From: Candidatus Hydrothermarchaeum profundi
Lineage (GTDB): Archaea; Hydrothermarchaeota; Hydrothermarchaeia; Hydrothermarchaeales; Hydrothermarchaeaceae
Direction: 5' to 3'
DNA: 64,000 nt
Assembly (NCBI GenBank): GCA_002011125.2
Contig: MTMF02000009.1
Coordinates: 1,850,286-1,914,285 of the forward strand
Part shown: piece by piece, positions 39,275 to 50,169 of the stretch
Layout: each line of letters starts with the position of its first letter
How positions within the stretch are numbered: the stretch's first letter is position 1
The notes under the pieces: generated by a model
Databases searched by the model: none
Seen by the model: the letters and a program-made list of their open reading frames with translations, nothing else
What the model was told of the DNA's origin: nothing
Position numbers and translations under genes: made by a program

Positions 39275-39892
39275 ATGGAACTAAAAAATATCCTACTCGA
39301 TTCTCTGAGGACCGCATTAGAACTCCCAAATAGTATCCTCAGGTATATCATACTAGTCATTCTAAGTTTAATTCCCTTAGTAAACCTTACAGTCCTCGGA
39401 TATGCATACCGCTATATTGAGGAGGAGGGATTTCCTGAGCTTAGGGGGTTTGGCAAGATGTTCATTAAGGGATTTAAAATTGCCATGGTACTAACAAGTT
39501 ATTTGTTCTTGCCTATCTTCATACTTTTCGTTTTAATGATAAAAGCAGGCATATACGTGGAGTCGCACCTTGAACTAACACTTCTTACCTATAGCGTATC
39601 TTTTCTCCTAGCTATCCCAATGTTCATTGGGATTATTTTGATGATAGTGCATGATGATTACGTTAAAGCTTTCGACTTGATAAAAATCTTCAAGATTTTG
39701 AGAGGAGTATATATTGAGTACTTAATATGGCTTGCCATAACTTTCCTAGCTGGTCTATTGATTTTAACAATATATGGAGTAGAAAAAATAGGATGGATTT
39801 TTGGATCTGCTATTTTCCCCTTCTACGTCATCTTCGTTTTGAGGTCTTCCTACTTGATGTATCAATACGGCGAAAACGTATCCAAATCTTAA
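39275..39892 (+). CDS. DUF4013-like membrane protein
   Basis: IPLVNL.VLGY, FPEL.GFGKMFIKG pattern. Confidence 0.7.
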   Translation: MELKNILLDSLRTALELPNSILRYIILVILSLIPLVNLTVLGYAYRYIEEEGFPELRGFGKMFIKGFKIAMVLTSYLFLPIFILFVLMIKAGIYVESHLELTLLTYSVSFLLAIPMFIGIILMIVHDDYVKAFDLIKIFKILRGVYIEYLIWLAITFLAGLLILTIYGVEKIGWIFGSAIFPFYVIFVLRSSYLMYQYGENVSKS

Positions 39893-39940
39893 GATTTCTT
39901 GAGTCAACTTTTATTATATTCTCTTTCTCTATCATAGGAT

Positions 39941-41848
39941 ATGTTTGAAATAAAATATAGAGACGCGTTGGGGAGGTTAGGCAGGTTTGAGGTACGGGGT
40001 AAGGTCGTCGAAACACCTCTCCTGCTACCGGTAATAAACCCTAAAATACAGCGGGTACCTTTGAAAGAAATTAAGCAAATGGGTTTTTCTGGTATTATAA
40101 CAAACAGCTATATAATAAAAAAAGACCCTGAATTGAGAGAAAGTGCGCTTAAAAAAGGAATCCATAAGACAATAGGTTTCGACGGTTTAATAATGACAGA
40201 CTCGGGTTCTTATCAGCTTTATAGGTACGGAAAAATCGATGCAACCCCTGAAGAAATGGTTAAATTCCAAATTGACATCGGCTCTGATATAGGAGTTATT
40301 TTAGATGTCCCCTCTCTGCCAGACGCTAGTTGGGAAGACGCAAAAAGAAACCTACTAGAAACCCATAGGAGAGGAGAGAAGAGCATGCTTATTCCTAGAA
40401 ACGGGATGTTACTTTCAGGTACAGTGCAGGGCGGAATTTATGCTGACTTACGTGAAGAAAGTGCTAAAAAGATGAGTAAAGTAGGGTTTGATCTGTATCC
40501 TATAGGGGGAGTTGTTTCCTTACTCGAGAATTACCGCTTTAAAGACCTTGCAGAAGTAATAATGCATTCAAAGAAATTCTTACCGGTAGATAAACCTGTT
40601 CACCTTTTTGGATGCGGTCATCCTATAATATTCGCCTTAGCGGTCGCTATGGGATGTGATATATTCGATTCCGCCGCCTATGCTCTTTACGCAAGAGATG
40701 ATAGGTATATCACTTCAATGGGGACCTATAAGCTCGGACAACTTTCTGAGTTCCCATGTACTTGTGATGTCTGCTTAAACACTACTCCAGAGGAGATGAG
40801 GAGTATTGAAAAAGAAGACAGAGAAACTCTCTTAGCAAAACACAACTTATATGCAAGTCTAGAGGAACTAAAGAGAGTCAAACAATCCCTTGTAGACGGT
40901 ACTTTATGGGAACTGGTAAGCATTAGAGCCAGAAGCCACCCTAGTTTACTTGATGCTTTTAAGGTTTTATTAGGATTTGAATTTGTAGAGAAGTTCGATC
41001 CAATGACCAAAAAATCAGCCTTCTTCTATAGTAGCCAAGAGGACCTCGAAAGACCTGAAGTAAAAAGACACTTATATAGACTTAAGAATCTCGAAGTCAA
41101 GGGGGATATACTGATACTTCTTCCAGATGGAGAAAAACCCTATTCTAAAACATATGGCACCTTTAGTGATAGCAAGTATCATCTCTGTGTTGCTTCTCCC
41201 ATCTTCGGTATCATACCTCTTGAACTTGAAGATATTTATCCTCTCGGACAACATGAAATTCCTGAATTTTTAAGAAAACGCATAATAAAAGAAGTTATTA
41301 TGGAATATGCCAGAGGCTTTAAAAAAGTGTATATTTATGGAGAATTAGACATAGATCTGGGTGAAAAACTAGATTCTTTACCAGTACCTGATCTCAAAGA
41401 GGCAGACACCGTAAAAATCAGAGCTATAGGAGACTATCTTTTCGGAAAAGGAGCTGGGGAAATACTCTTCCATGATAGCCGGGTTGAAAGGTCTTCAAAA
41501 GGAAAAATAAGGAGAATAAAATCTGAAGATAACTCTCTCCTTGCAGTCATTAGAGCATCAGACGGCCAGATTATATTAACACCTAAAGGCGCTGAAAGAT
41601 TGCTAAAAATGCCATGCCCAAAAAATAGAGTTATAGTGGATGATAAAGTATCTCAGTTCATACGGGAAGGGAAAAGCGTATTTGCGAAATTTGTCGTAGA
41701 TTGCGATCCAGAGATTAGACCTTACCAAGAAGTAATCGTTGTTGATAGTGATGATGACGTATTAGCTACTGGGACAGCGATACTAAATAAGGAAGAGATG
41801 CTCGCATTTAATAAAGGTGTGGCGGTGAAAGTGAGGCACCATATATGA
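39941..41848 (+). CDS. tgtA: Archaeal tRNA-guanine(15) transglycosylase
   Basis: MTDSGSYQL, HLFG.GHP, FDSAAY, CTCDVC, C-terminal PUA. Confidence 0.95.
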   Translation: MFEIKYRDALGRLGRFEVRGKVVETPLLLPVINPKIQRVPLKEIKQMGFSGIITNSYIIKKDPELRESALKKGIHKTIGFDGLIMTDSGSYQLYRYGKIDATPEEMVKFQIDIGSDIGVILDVPSLPDASWEDAKRNLLETHRRGEKSMLIPRNGMLLSGTVQGGIYADLREESAKKMSKVGFDLYPIGGVVSLLENYRFKDLAEVIMHSKKFLPVDKPVHLFGCGHPIIFALAVAMGCDIFDSAAYALYARDDRYITSMGTYKLGQLSEFPCTCDVCLNTTPEEMRSIEKEDRETLLAKHNLYASLEELKRVKQSLVDGTLWELVSIRARSHPSLLDAFKVLLGFEFVEKFDPMTKKSAFFYSSQEDLERPEVKRHLYRLKNLEVKGDILILLPDGEKPYSKTYGTFSDSKYHLCVASPIFGIIPLELEDIYPLGQHEIPEFLRKRIIKEVIMEYARGFKKVYIYGELDIDLGEKLDSLPVPDLKEADTVKIRAIGDYLFGKGAGEILFHDSRVERSSKGKIRRIKSEDNSLLAVIRASDGQIILTPKGAERLLKMPCPKNRVIVDDKVSQFIREGKSVFAKFVVDCDPEIRPYQEVIVVDSDDDVLATGTAILNKEEMLAFNKGVAVKVRHHI

Positions 41849-42429
41849 GCCTTGAAAGAGTAATAGAAGAAACGAAAGATTTTTTCTTACCCTACGGCCC
41901 CTTGGGGTTGTTTGCGCTTGCCTTCATAGAGTCATCGTTTTTCATAGTGCCACCAGACGTTCTTCTTATTCCTTTATGTCTTGTTAACCCAGAACTCGCA
42001 TTTTTTTACGCTTCGGTATGCACTATTGGATCAGTTAGTGGCGCAATTTTCGGATATTATATAGGGAAAAAAGGAGGACGTCCTGTACTCCTTAAATACG
42101 CTTCAGAAGATAAAATAAAAAAAGTCGAAGAACTCTTCAGAAAACACGGGACACTAGCTGTCGGCCTTGCAGGATTTACCCCTATACCTTACAAAGTATT
42201 TACCATTTCGTCAGGAGTATTCAACCATAAAATCCACCCATTTATTATTGTCTCGCTAATCGGCAGAGGACTGAGGTTCTTTTCCCTTGCAGCAATAATT
42301 AAACTTTATGGAGATAAGATTATGGGAATTATATCCTCGTACTTCGAAGCTTTTTCTTTAGCTCTTGGTCTAGCGGTTCTATTAATCTATATAGCGTACA
42401 GAAAAATGTCCTCCCCGAAACGATTATAA
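41845..42429 (+). CDS. YqaA/DedA (VTT) membrane protein
   Basis: ESSFFIVPPD, GFTPIPYK, GRGLRF. Confidence 0.9.
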   Translation: MSLERVIEETKDFFLPYGPLGLFALAFIESSFFIVPPDVLLIPLCLVNPELAFFYASVCTIGSVSGAIFGYYIGKKGGRPVLLKYASEDKIKKVEELFRKHGTLAVGLAGFTPIPYKVFTISSGVFNHKIHPFIIVSLIGRGLRFFSLAAIIKLYGDKIMGIISSYFEAFSLALGLAVLLIYIAYRKMSSPKRL

Positions 42430-42455
42430 GAGCACTGTGTAGAGAAAAAGGTCTT

Positions 42456-43793
42456 ATGAAAAGGCTGATTATAGCACTTTTATTAATTACTGCAGTAGTA
42501 TACGCTGAGCCTACTCCAGGTCTTTTATGGAGATACGACACTGGAATGCCTATAAGTGATATTGCGATCTCATCTGACGGAAGCAAGATAGTAGCCGCAG
42601 CGGGGGATTATGTTTACATGCTTAACAGAAGCGGAAAGCTTGTTTGGAAAGTCAGATTAGATACTCCCCCTCAAAGTGTCGCCATAACTGAGAAAGGGAA
42701 TGTAATTGCTGGAGATGAAGAATCCGTATACCTTTTCAATACTACGGGTCATGAGATATGGAAAAAATATATTGGAGATTATATTAGAGACCTTTCAACT
42801 GGCGAGGGAAAGATCGCCGCAGGTTCTAAGACCAGGAAACTCTATATGCTGAATGAAGGCGGTGAATTTTTATGGATGCGATCTTTAGACTCAACGGTTT
42901 ATAGAGTTGATATATCTTCTCACAAAGTAGCCGCTGTGACGACTTCTGGGAGGGTTTATGTATTCGATATTCAAGGAGAACCCCTGTGGCAAGTGAATAC
43001 TAACCGTTTTGTTGAAGGGCTTACTATTTTTGGTGAAGATGTAATATCAGGAACAAATTACTTGACATATTGGAGAAACGGGAAAATTATTGGATACTTC
43101 ATCGAGAAAGGCGGCGTTACAGGACTTGATGCCAACTTGGAATACTTACTAGCAGGTTTTGGAGATGGCTATCTATATGCCGTAGAGTATAATAGAAGCC
43201 TTTTATGGAAATATGAGATTGGATCTATCAATGGAGTATCTACTAGTTTGGACGGCAATTATTTCGCTGTAGCATCTGGAGATGAGGTTCTTTTTTTAAC
43301 TCCTCCGGATACTATACCTCCAGCAGTAAAAATAGTGACCCCTAAATCAGAAAGCACTGTTTCGGGGATAGTAAAAATAAGCGCAGAAGTTGATGAAGAC
43401 GTTTCCACCATACAGGTTTTTATAGACGGAAATTATGCATGTGGAATCTTACCTTGCAATTGGGATACAAGCGCTTCAACTGAAGGAATTCATGAGATAA
43501 TGGTTAGGGCAATTGATAGCGGAGGGAATATAGGAGAGGATAAGATTGAAGTGACGGTGAGGAGAACACAGATCTCAAATTTAACCGAGCAAATAGAAGA
43601 AAAGAAAGAAGAGCTGGAAAAAAAGAAAGAGGAACTGGAAGAAAAAGTAGAAATTTTGCCTATTGTGAAGACTTCGTCCTCCAGATACCGAGAGACTCTG
43701 ATAAAAGGAATAATTTTGGTGTTTCTGGCTATATTTTTAATAGGGATAATAAAGAGAAAGAAGAGAAGAAAGTATAGATTCAAGAGAAGGTAA
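42456..43793 (+). CDS. Surface protein: PQQ/WD40 beta-propeller, Ig-like domain, C-terminal TM anchor
   Basis: Signal peptide, repeated G..LW motifs, DTIPPAV.I..P...VSG Ig motif, TM plus basic tail. Confidence 0.8.
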   Translation: MKRLIIALLLITAVVYAEPTPGLLWRYDTGMPISDIAISSDGSKIVAAAGDYVYMLNRSGKLVWKVRLDTPPQSVAITEKGNVIAGDEESVYLFNTTGHEIWKKYIGDYIRDLSTGEGKIAAGSKTRKLYMLNEGGEFLWMRSLDSTVYRVDISSHKVAAVTTSGRVYVFDIQGEPLWQVNTNRFVEGLTIFGEDVISGTNYLTYWRNGKIIGYFIEKGGVTGLDANLEYLLAGFGDGYLYAVEYNRSLLWKYEIGSINGVSTSLDGNYFAVASGDEVLFLTPPDTIPPAVKIVTPKSESTVSGIVKISAEVDEDVSTIQVFIDGNYACGILPCNWDTSASTEGIHEIMVRAIDSGGNIGEDKIEVTVRRTQISNLTEQIEEKKEELEKKKEELEEKVEILPIVKTSSSRYRETLIKGIILVFLAIFLIGIIKRKKRRKYRFKRR

Positions 43794-43805
43794 CTCACTA
43801 ATCTA

Positions 43806-43879
43806 GGGCGGGTGGTCTAGATGGTTATGACGGCAGTCTCACACACTGCAGGTCGAGGGTTCGAATCCCTCCCCGCCCA
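43806..43879 (+). tRNA. tRNA-Val(CAC)
   Basis: GGGCGGG acceptor, GCAGT-CT-CAC-AC-ACTGC anticodon arm, GGTTCGAATCC. Confidence 0.93.
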
Positions 43880-43967
43880 TATATCTGAGTCATCAACTGA
43901 GTTAATAGATTTGACTTAAGAAAAAGAGCATACGGCAAGGCATCTACGATAAAAGATTTTAACTACG

Positions 43968-44966
43968 TCATTCTAAACTTAACACAGCCGTTCCTTTGAT
44001 CTTTGATTCTTTGAGCAAACGTAGGACTTTATTAGCTTCGGCAAGTGAGAAAGTAGAAACCTCTGTGCGTATTGGTATATCCCCTGCAAGCTTAAGAAGT
44101 TCCACAGCGTCCTTTCGAGTCATATTAGCAACACTCTGAATACTGCGTTCCCCATAAATTAAGTTATAGTCCATCCTAGGTATAGGGCTCATATAGATCC
44201 CTGCTGTTACTAGCGTTCCTCCCTTGTTTAGAGTTTTCAACGCCTCAGGCACCATCCATCCAGCTGGAGCAAATATGATGGACCCATCCATCTTTTGTGG
44301 AGGAATATCACTCGCCCTTCCTACCCATTCAGCCCCAAGCTGTATAGCTAGCTTTTTATGTTCAGGGCTACGCGTAAACACAAAAACACAACACCCGAGA
44401 TGTCGCGCAACTTGAATAGTAATATGTGCAGATGACCCAAATCCGTAAATCCCGAGATTATGCCCCTCTCGTACACCACTTAATTTTAATGCTCTGTAGC
44501 CTATAACACCAGCACAGAGTAGAGGCGCTGATTCATGAAATGAAAAATCATTAGGTATAGAATAAGTGAAGTCCTCTCTTGCTATAGCATACTCTGCGTA
44601 TCCCCCATCCACATGATATCCTGTAAATTGAGCTTTTTCACAGAGATTTTCAAGGCCGTTAGCACAATATGTACACTTTCTACATGCAGAATACAACCAA
44701 GGCACTCCCACTTTATCACCAGTGTTAAATTTAGTGACTTTGCTACCCTGCTCAACTACTTCCCCTACAATTTGATGCCCCAATATTAACGGCAACTTAG
44801 AGTCCGGCAGTTCCCCTTCAGCTATATGCAAATCCGTACGACATACGCCACATGCTCGCACTCTGATAAGTATTTCCTTCTCGCTTGGGTGTGGTTTAGA
44901 AACTTCTTCCAGTAACAATGGTTCGTCTTCTATAGGTTTCGGGTTTCTGAGTACCATTGCTTTCAT
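43968..44966 (-). CDS. Zn-dependent alcohol dehydrogenase family protein
   Basis: CGVCRTDLH, GHQ, CRKCTYC...C, GFGSSA. Confidence 0.9.
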   Translation of the reverse strand: MKAMVLRNPKPIEDEPLLLEEVSKPHPSEKEILIRVRACGVCRTDLHIAEGELPDSKLPLILGHQIVGEVVEQGSKVTKFNTGDKVGVPWLYSACRKCTYCANGLENLCEKAQFTGYHVDGGYAEYAIAREDFTYSIPNDFSFHESAPLLCAGVIGYRALKLSGVREGHNLGIYGFGSSAHITIQVARHLGCCVFVFTRSPEHKKLAIQLGAEWVGRASDIPPQKMDGSIIFAPAGWMVPEALKTLNKGGTLVTAGIYMSPIPRMDYNLIYGERSIQSVANMTRKDAVELLKLAGDIPIRTEVSTFSLAEANKVLRLLKESKIKGTAVLSLE

Positions 44967-45011
44967 TGGTTATACACATCCTTGATGTGACTATTAAGGC
45001 TTATTGAAAAC

Positions 45012-45767
45012 TCAACGTATTAGGAGTACGTTAGTCTTTGCGTTTTCTAGCACGTAGAGAGACACATGCCCTAATAAGGCCCTCTCTAATTTGCCAAGAC
45101 CTCTAGGAGCTAATGCAACCAGGTCATAATGATTCGCGTTTTGAAGAATTACATCTCTAACCTGGCCCCCCTCTATCAGCTTTTTCACATTCTTTATCGA
45201 GAGCTGATTTAACATTTCTGCTGCCTTATTTACCGCTTCCTCTCTCTTTTTCTGCTCTTTATTTTCCCTAGCTACCGACAAAACCGTTATTTCTCCTTCT
45301 AAGCCCTTAGCAAACATGCCTGCAAATTTCACGGCACGGCTTGAATGCTTACTCCCATCTGTACAAACGAGGATTTTCTCTAACTTATCCCCCTTACGGT
45401 ATATTAACGTTGGAATATGGGAGTATTCAGCGATTTTTTTTGTAAGTTTTTTATCAGTATCTTTCATTAAAAGTAAATCATAGTGTTTTTCTGCCTCATC
45501 AAGAACCTGTGAGGCAACCGCTCCTCCTCTTTTAAGCATTACAACTTCCTCGCCAAGGCACTTTATTATCTTTTTTAGTGCTTTTTTCTCTTCTTCAGGT
45601 ATTTTTCCAAGTTGTATGCTAAAAGGAGAGTAATATTTCTGCGTTATATCACTTCTAACACATAGCGCTGTTATTTTTCCTTTTAGTGAGGTACAGAGTT
45701 TCATCGCAATTCTAACAAGCCCTTCACTCTCCTGGTAAGGGGGACATAACATAAGTAATATATGCAT
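45012..45767 (-). CDS. Tandem universal stress protein (UspA)
   Basis: ILVCTDGS..S..AV, RGLG...LLGHVS. Confidence 0.85.
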   Translation of the reverse strand: MHILLMLCPPYQESEGLVRIAMKLCTSLKGKITALCVRSDITQKYYSPFSIQLGKIPEEEKKALKKIIKCLGEEVVMLKRGGAVASQVLDEAEKHYDLLLMKDTDKKLTKKIAEYSHIPTLIYRKGDKLEKILVCTDGSKHSSRAVKFAGMFAKGLEGEITVLSVARENKEQKKREEAVNKAAEMLNQLSIKNVKKLIEGGQVRDVILQNANHYDLVALAPRGLGKLERALLGHVSLYVLENAKTNVLLIR

Positions 45768-47500
45768 CAGCTCACTCTCACCTTCTCACATTCGTTGAAT
45801 ACGTTTTTACTACATTCTCTACAAATACTTTTATCTAAGTAATAGTTAAAAGCACTTGAGATTGCCTCCTTCTTTGTCTCATGTACTTCTAGGTGCTCAA
45901 TCAGTCCTTCTTTTGACAGCGAGTTAACAATCTCTTCTTCAACATGGATGAGTATGAGCCTTATATTTCTCCTTTCCATCTCATCTACTAAATCTCTAAG
46001 GGCTTCGATTCCTGAGGTGTCCATATAATAGACTGCAGCCATATCTATTATAAGACATTTCATACGATTGCATTTTTCAACTAAATGTAAGATTTCGTCT
46101 CTAATTTGCTCGGCGTTAACAAATATAAAAGGTCCTTCTGGTTTTATTATGAAAAGCTGATCGCACCAGCTTTTTGGCTCTTCAGGTATGGAAATAAAAT
46201 ATCCTGTTTCTTTATCTCTCACAGTAAAATAGATCTTGGTATGCATCGTCTTCCACAAATGAAGAGCGAGAGCTAATACCACGCCTACTATTAGACCGGT
46301 GTCGGGCTTTGTAATTATAGAAACTCCGAAGGTAGTGAAAGCTACCAAGCCGTCATATCTATTTATCCTGTATATCTCCAAAAGTTGCCTTGGCTTAAAA
46401 AGCTTCATTACAGCTAAGATAACGATTACAGCTAAGATGAACTTTGGAAGATAATAAAAGAGAGGTGTTAAAACAGTGATCGAGAGTAATACGAAAAAAC
46501 TGAATATTATTATAGACATGCCAGTACGTGCACCGCTTGACCAATTAACACTAGTACCCGAAAAGCTTCCACAAACAGGATATCCTTGGAAAAGAGAAGT
46601 TAATATATTTGCCAGACCTTGAGCTCTAAATTCTTGTTCAAAATCTACTTTCTCTTTTGTATGATAGATTATAATCTTGGAAATAGAGTATGTTTCAGTC
46701 ATGCCAACTATTGCGATAAGTGCTGCTGACAGCAATAACCCCGGGATGTTAGAAAATCCTGTAATATCCGGAAGAGTGGGCATAGGAAAACCCTTGGGCA
46801 ACGCTCCAACTATCTCTACCCCCGTCTTCTCCATACCAAAGAGGTACACCACAAAAGTAAAGAAAATCAGCATAGTTATTATATCAGGAAACTTTGGATA
46901 GCGTTTCCGGACGAATATCATCACCAAAAAACTGGCTAATGACAGAGAAAATACTAGGACATTAATATTTGAAAGATTATTGACAACATTCAAAAGCATA
47001 AGTATTACATAATCTTCATTAGAACCATGTAACCCTAGGATATATCTTAGCTGAGTTATGGTGATTATTAATGCGGCAGCATTTACAAATCCTATAACAG
47101 CGGCGTGAGAGATAAGATGGAGGATAAATGTCAGATGAAGAACAGCAATGCTCAAAATTATAACACCGACCATTAAGGAAAGCAACGCCGCTAAAGATAC
47201 ATACTCATTTGATCCCGGTTGAGCTATTGGTGAGAGAGCTGTAAACACAAGCATTGTCATAACACCTACAGGTCCTGTAAAAAGTAAGCGGTTACTCCCA
47301 AATAATATACTAACGAGCGGTGCTACGAAACTGGCATATAGTCCATAAATTGGAGGCAACCCCGCAACGAGAGCATACGCCATAGCCTTCGGTATCATGC
47401 TAACGCCTAAGGATACCCCCGCCACAAAATCGAAATACAGATACCTAGACTTATAATTTTTCAACCAAGTGAGTGCCGGTATAAGTTTTTCAAGGTTCAT
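45767..47500 (-). CDS. SulP/SLC26 anion transporter with STAS domain
   Basis: PKAMAYA..AGLPPIYGLY, STAS IDMAAVYYMDTSG. Confidence 0.92.
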   Translation of the reverse strand: MNLEKLIPALTWLKNYKSRYLYFDFVAGVSLGVSMIPKAMAYALVAGLPPIYGLYASFVAPLVSILFGSNRLLFTGPVGVMTMLVFTALSPIAQPGSNEYVSLAALLSLMVGVIILSIAVLHLTFILHLISHAAVIGFVNAAALIITITQLRYILGLHGSNEDYVILMLLNVVNNLSNINVLVFSLSLASFLVMIFVRKRYPKFPDIITMLIFFTFVVYLFGMEKTGVEIVGALPKGFPMPTLPDITGFSNIPGLLLSAALIAIVGMTETYSISKIIIYHTKEKVDFEQEFRAQGLANILTSLFQGYPVCGSFSGTSVNWSSGARTGMSIIIFSFFVLLSITVLTPLFYYLPKFILAVIVILAVMKLFKPRQLLEIYRINRYDGLVAFTTFGVSIITKPDTGLIVGVVLALALHLWKTMHTKIYFTVRDKETGYFISIPEEPKSWCDQLFIIKPEGPFIFVNAEQIRDEILHLVEKCNRMKCLIIDMAAVYYMDTSGIEALRDLVDEMERRNIRLILIHVEEEIVNSLSKEGLIEHLEVHETKKEAISSAFNYYLDKSICRECSKNVFNECEKVRVS

Positions 47501-47902
47501 TTATATTCCCTAAGTAACCTCCCATGCAACACCCTTTAACATTCAAAAGTAAATTATCCTACATCAAAAATCATGATATCGGAATCACCGGAATTCATAT
47601 CAATCATAAATACTTAAAGTTTACTACTATTCTTTAGTTTCTTCCTATTATCCAAAACCGCCTTCATAAGACTTTTATATCACAAAAAAAGAAAAAAAAT
47701 AGAGGTGGATTTTTTGAATTTAAATCTTCATTTAGATAGGGTTAGATGGGGGTATTAGACGGAAAATTTTAAACATTTTTTACATAATATTACGCGTTTT
47801 ATCGCTATCCTTATGCTTATGTATTATCTAAAAAATGAACGCACTAAAAGAGTCCCAAAAGGAGGTGGACTTATCGGATATTAAATGTAAGGAGGTATAC
47901 CC

Positions 47903-48553
47903 ATGAGCAAAGATGAGATAATAAAGGCGGCTAAAGAAGCCATCCACAGCTTTGATGCAGACAAAGCAGTGGAAGTTGCAAAAAAAGCTATAGAAGAGGG
48001 GGTTGACCCAGTAGAGGTCATTGAGAAAGGCTTCACAGTAGCGATGCGTGAAGTAGGAGACCTATTCGACCAAGAGAAACTATTTCTCCCTCACGTTATG
48101 GCAGCAGCAGAAGCTATGAAAGCGGCTATAAATGAGCTTACTCCCCATATTAAAGCAGGAGCAAAAACCTCTGAAGCCATGGGCACCGTAGTAATAGGAA
48201 CAATTGAAGGGGATATCCACTCTATTGGTAAAGATATTGTTGCAACCATGCTAAAGATAGCCGGGTTTGATGTCTACGACTTAGGTAGAGACGTACCGTT
48301 AACGGAATTTGTAAACAAGGCAAAGGAAGTAAACGCCAACATCGTTGGAAGTTCTGCTCTGATGACAACAACCATGCCCAACCAAAAAGCTCTAGAAGAA
48401 TCCTTGAAGAGGGCAGGTATTAGAGAGAAAGTTAAGACAATGGTAGGTGGAGCACCAGCTACACAAGAATGGGCAGATAAAATAGGGGCTGACGCTTACG
48501 CTGAGAATGCAAGTGAGGCTATTCTTAAAGCCAAAGAGCTAGTTACAAAATAA
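47903..48553 (+). CDS. mttC: Trimethylamine corrinoid protein
   Basis: GDIHSIGKDIV, SALMTTT; upstream of mttB. Confidence 0.9.
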   Translation: MSKDEIIKAAKEAIHSFDADKAVEVAKKAIEEGVDPVEVIEKGFTVAMREVGDLFDQEKLFLPHVMAAAEAMKAAINELTPHIKAGAKTSEAMGTVVIGTIEGDIHSIGKDIVATMLKIAGFDVYDLGRDVPLTEFVNKAKEVNANIVGSSALMTTTMPNQKALEESLKRAGIREKVKTMVGGAPATQEWADKIGADAYAENASEAILKAKELVTK

Positions 48554-48570
48554 AGAAGGAGGTGAAATAA

Positions 48571-50055
48571 TTGAAAGAAGTTTTAGAGGCAGGTGTCGAC
48601 AGACTTTACGGGGCAGGATTAAACCTGTTTACTAAAGATGAACTCTACGCAATACACGAGGCTACTATGGACGTACTAATGGACCCGGGTATTATGGTTA
48701 CAGAGGAAGACGCTAGAAAAGTATTCGAAGAAAACGGGTGCATTGTAAACCACAAAGAGAAAAACGTTAAGATCCCAGAATATCTCGTGAGAAGAGCTTT
48801 ACAGACCGCTCCATCGAAGTTCCTATTAGCTGGTAGAGATAAGAAATTCGACGTAGTACAAGAAGCAGGAAAAAAAGTAAACTTTACAACCTTTGGTACA
48901 GGAGTAAGGGTCTTTAGATTTATAAATGGCAAACCAACTATCCGAGACTCAACCGAGGCAGATATCGCAGAAACTGCTATTTTAACAGACTGGTGTGAAA
49001 ATATAGAGTACTTTTCTTTACCTGTGTCTGCAAGAGACTGGTCAGACAAAGGAGCACAAGATGTCCATGAGCTTTTCACGTCACTGACAAATACGGCAAA
49101 ACACTTCCAGCATATTGACCCCGTAGGAGATAACATCGACATATACTATGAAATGGGAAAAGCCTTCTACGGAGGCGATGAAGAAGAGTTTAGAAAAAGA
49201 CCGATCTTTTCAATACTCTTATGCCCAACCAGCCCACTGCAACTCCACGATAATGGTACTAAAGTTATCATGAAAGGGGCAGATTATGGAATACCCGTCA
49301 ATGTATTAAGCATGGCTATGTCTGGAGCTACATCTCCTGTACATTTAGCTGGGACTCTAGTAACTCACAACGCTGAAGTACTTGCAGGAATAGTACTATC
49401 ACAACTATACCGCCCTGGAGCACCGGTTTGGTATGGTAGCTCAACTACTACCTTCGACTTAAAAAAAGGAACAGCCCCGGTTGGATCCCCCGAGCTGGGA
49501 TTAATCAGTGCGGCGGTGGCACAATTAGCCCAATATTATGGGCTCCCAAGCTTCGTCGCCGGCACTTAGGCTGATTCCAAAATACCGGATGCACAGGCGG
49601 GCCATGAGAAAACAATTACCACCCTGCTACCAGCTTTGGCAGGTGCCAATACAATATACGGTGCAGGAATGCTTGAGTTGGGCATGACGTTTAGCAGCGC
49701 CCAACTATTGATTGACAACGATATCATCCAAATGGTCCGCAAGGCTGTGCTTGGAATAGAGGTTTCTGAGGAAACTCTTTCTCTAGATGCCATAAAGAAA
49801 GTGGGTATAGGAAAGGACTTTCTAGCTTTGAAACAGACTAGAGACCTAATTGACTTACCCTCGGCGCCTTTGTTGATAAATAGGCTTATGAGGGGAGATT
49901 GGGAGCGTGCCGGCAGTAAAGATCTAGCGACCGTCGCACAGGAGAAAGCTGATGAAATAGTTAAAACACATGAAGTACTGCCGATCGATAAAGACATTCT
50001 AAAGGAAATGGAGAGTGTTCTTAAAAAAGCGGATAAAGCTGCGATATCGGCATAA
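48571..50055 (+). CDS. mttB: Trimethylamine:corrinoid methyltransferase, pyrrolysine at in-frame TAG 49567-49569 (codon 333; 494 aa)
   Basis: [21 protein letters not shown] context; frame stays open to TAA at 50055; SD AGGAGGTGA. Confidence 0.95.
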
Positions 50056-50079
50056 ATTTGAATTTAAGGACCCCATTTA

Positions 50080-50135
50080 AGAGGGGAATCGCTAGGCTGG
50101 TTCCCCTCTGGGGTATCCTATTTTAGTTTTTTATT
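50080..50135 (+). terminator. Hairpin plus T tracts after mttB
   Basis: AGAGGGGAATC (50080-90) / GGTTCCCCTCT (50099-109). Confidence 0.6.
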
Positions 50136-50169
50136 AACCATATTTTTTTATATTGGAAATTGAGTAGAA

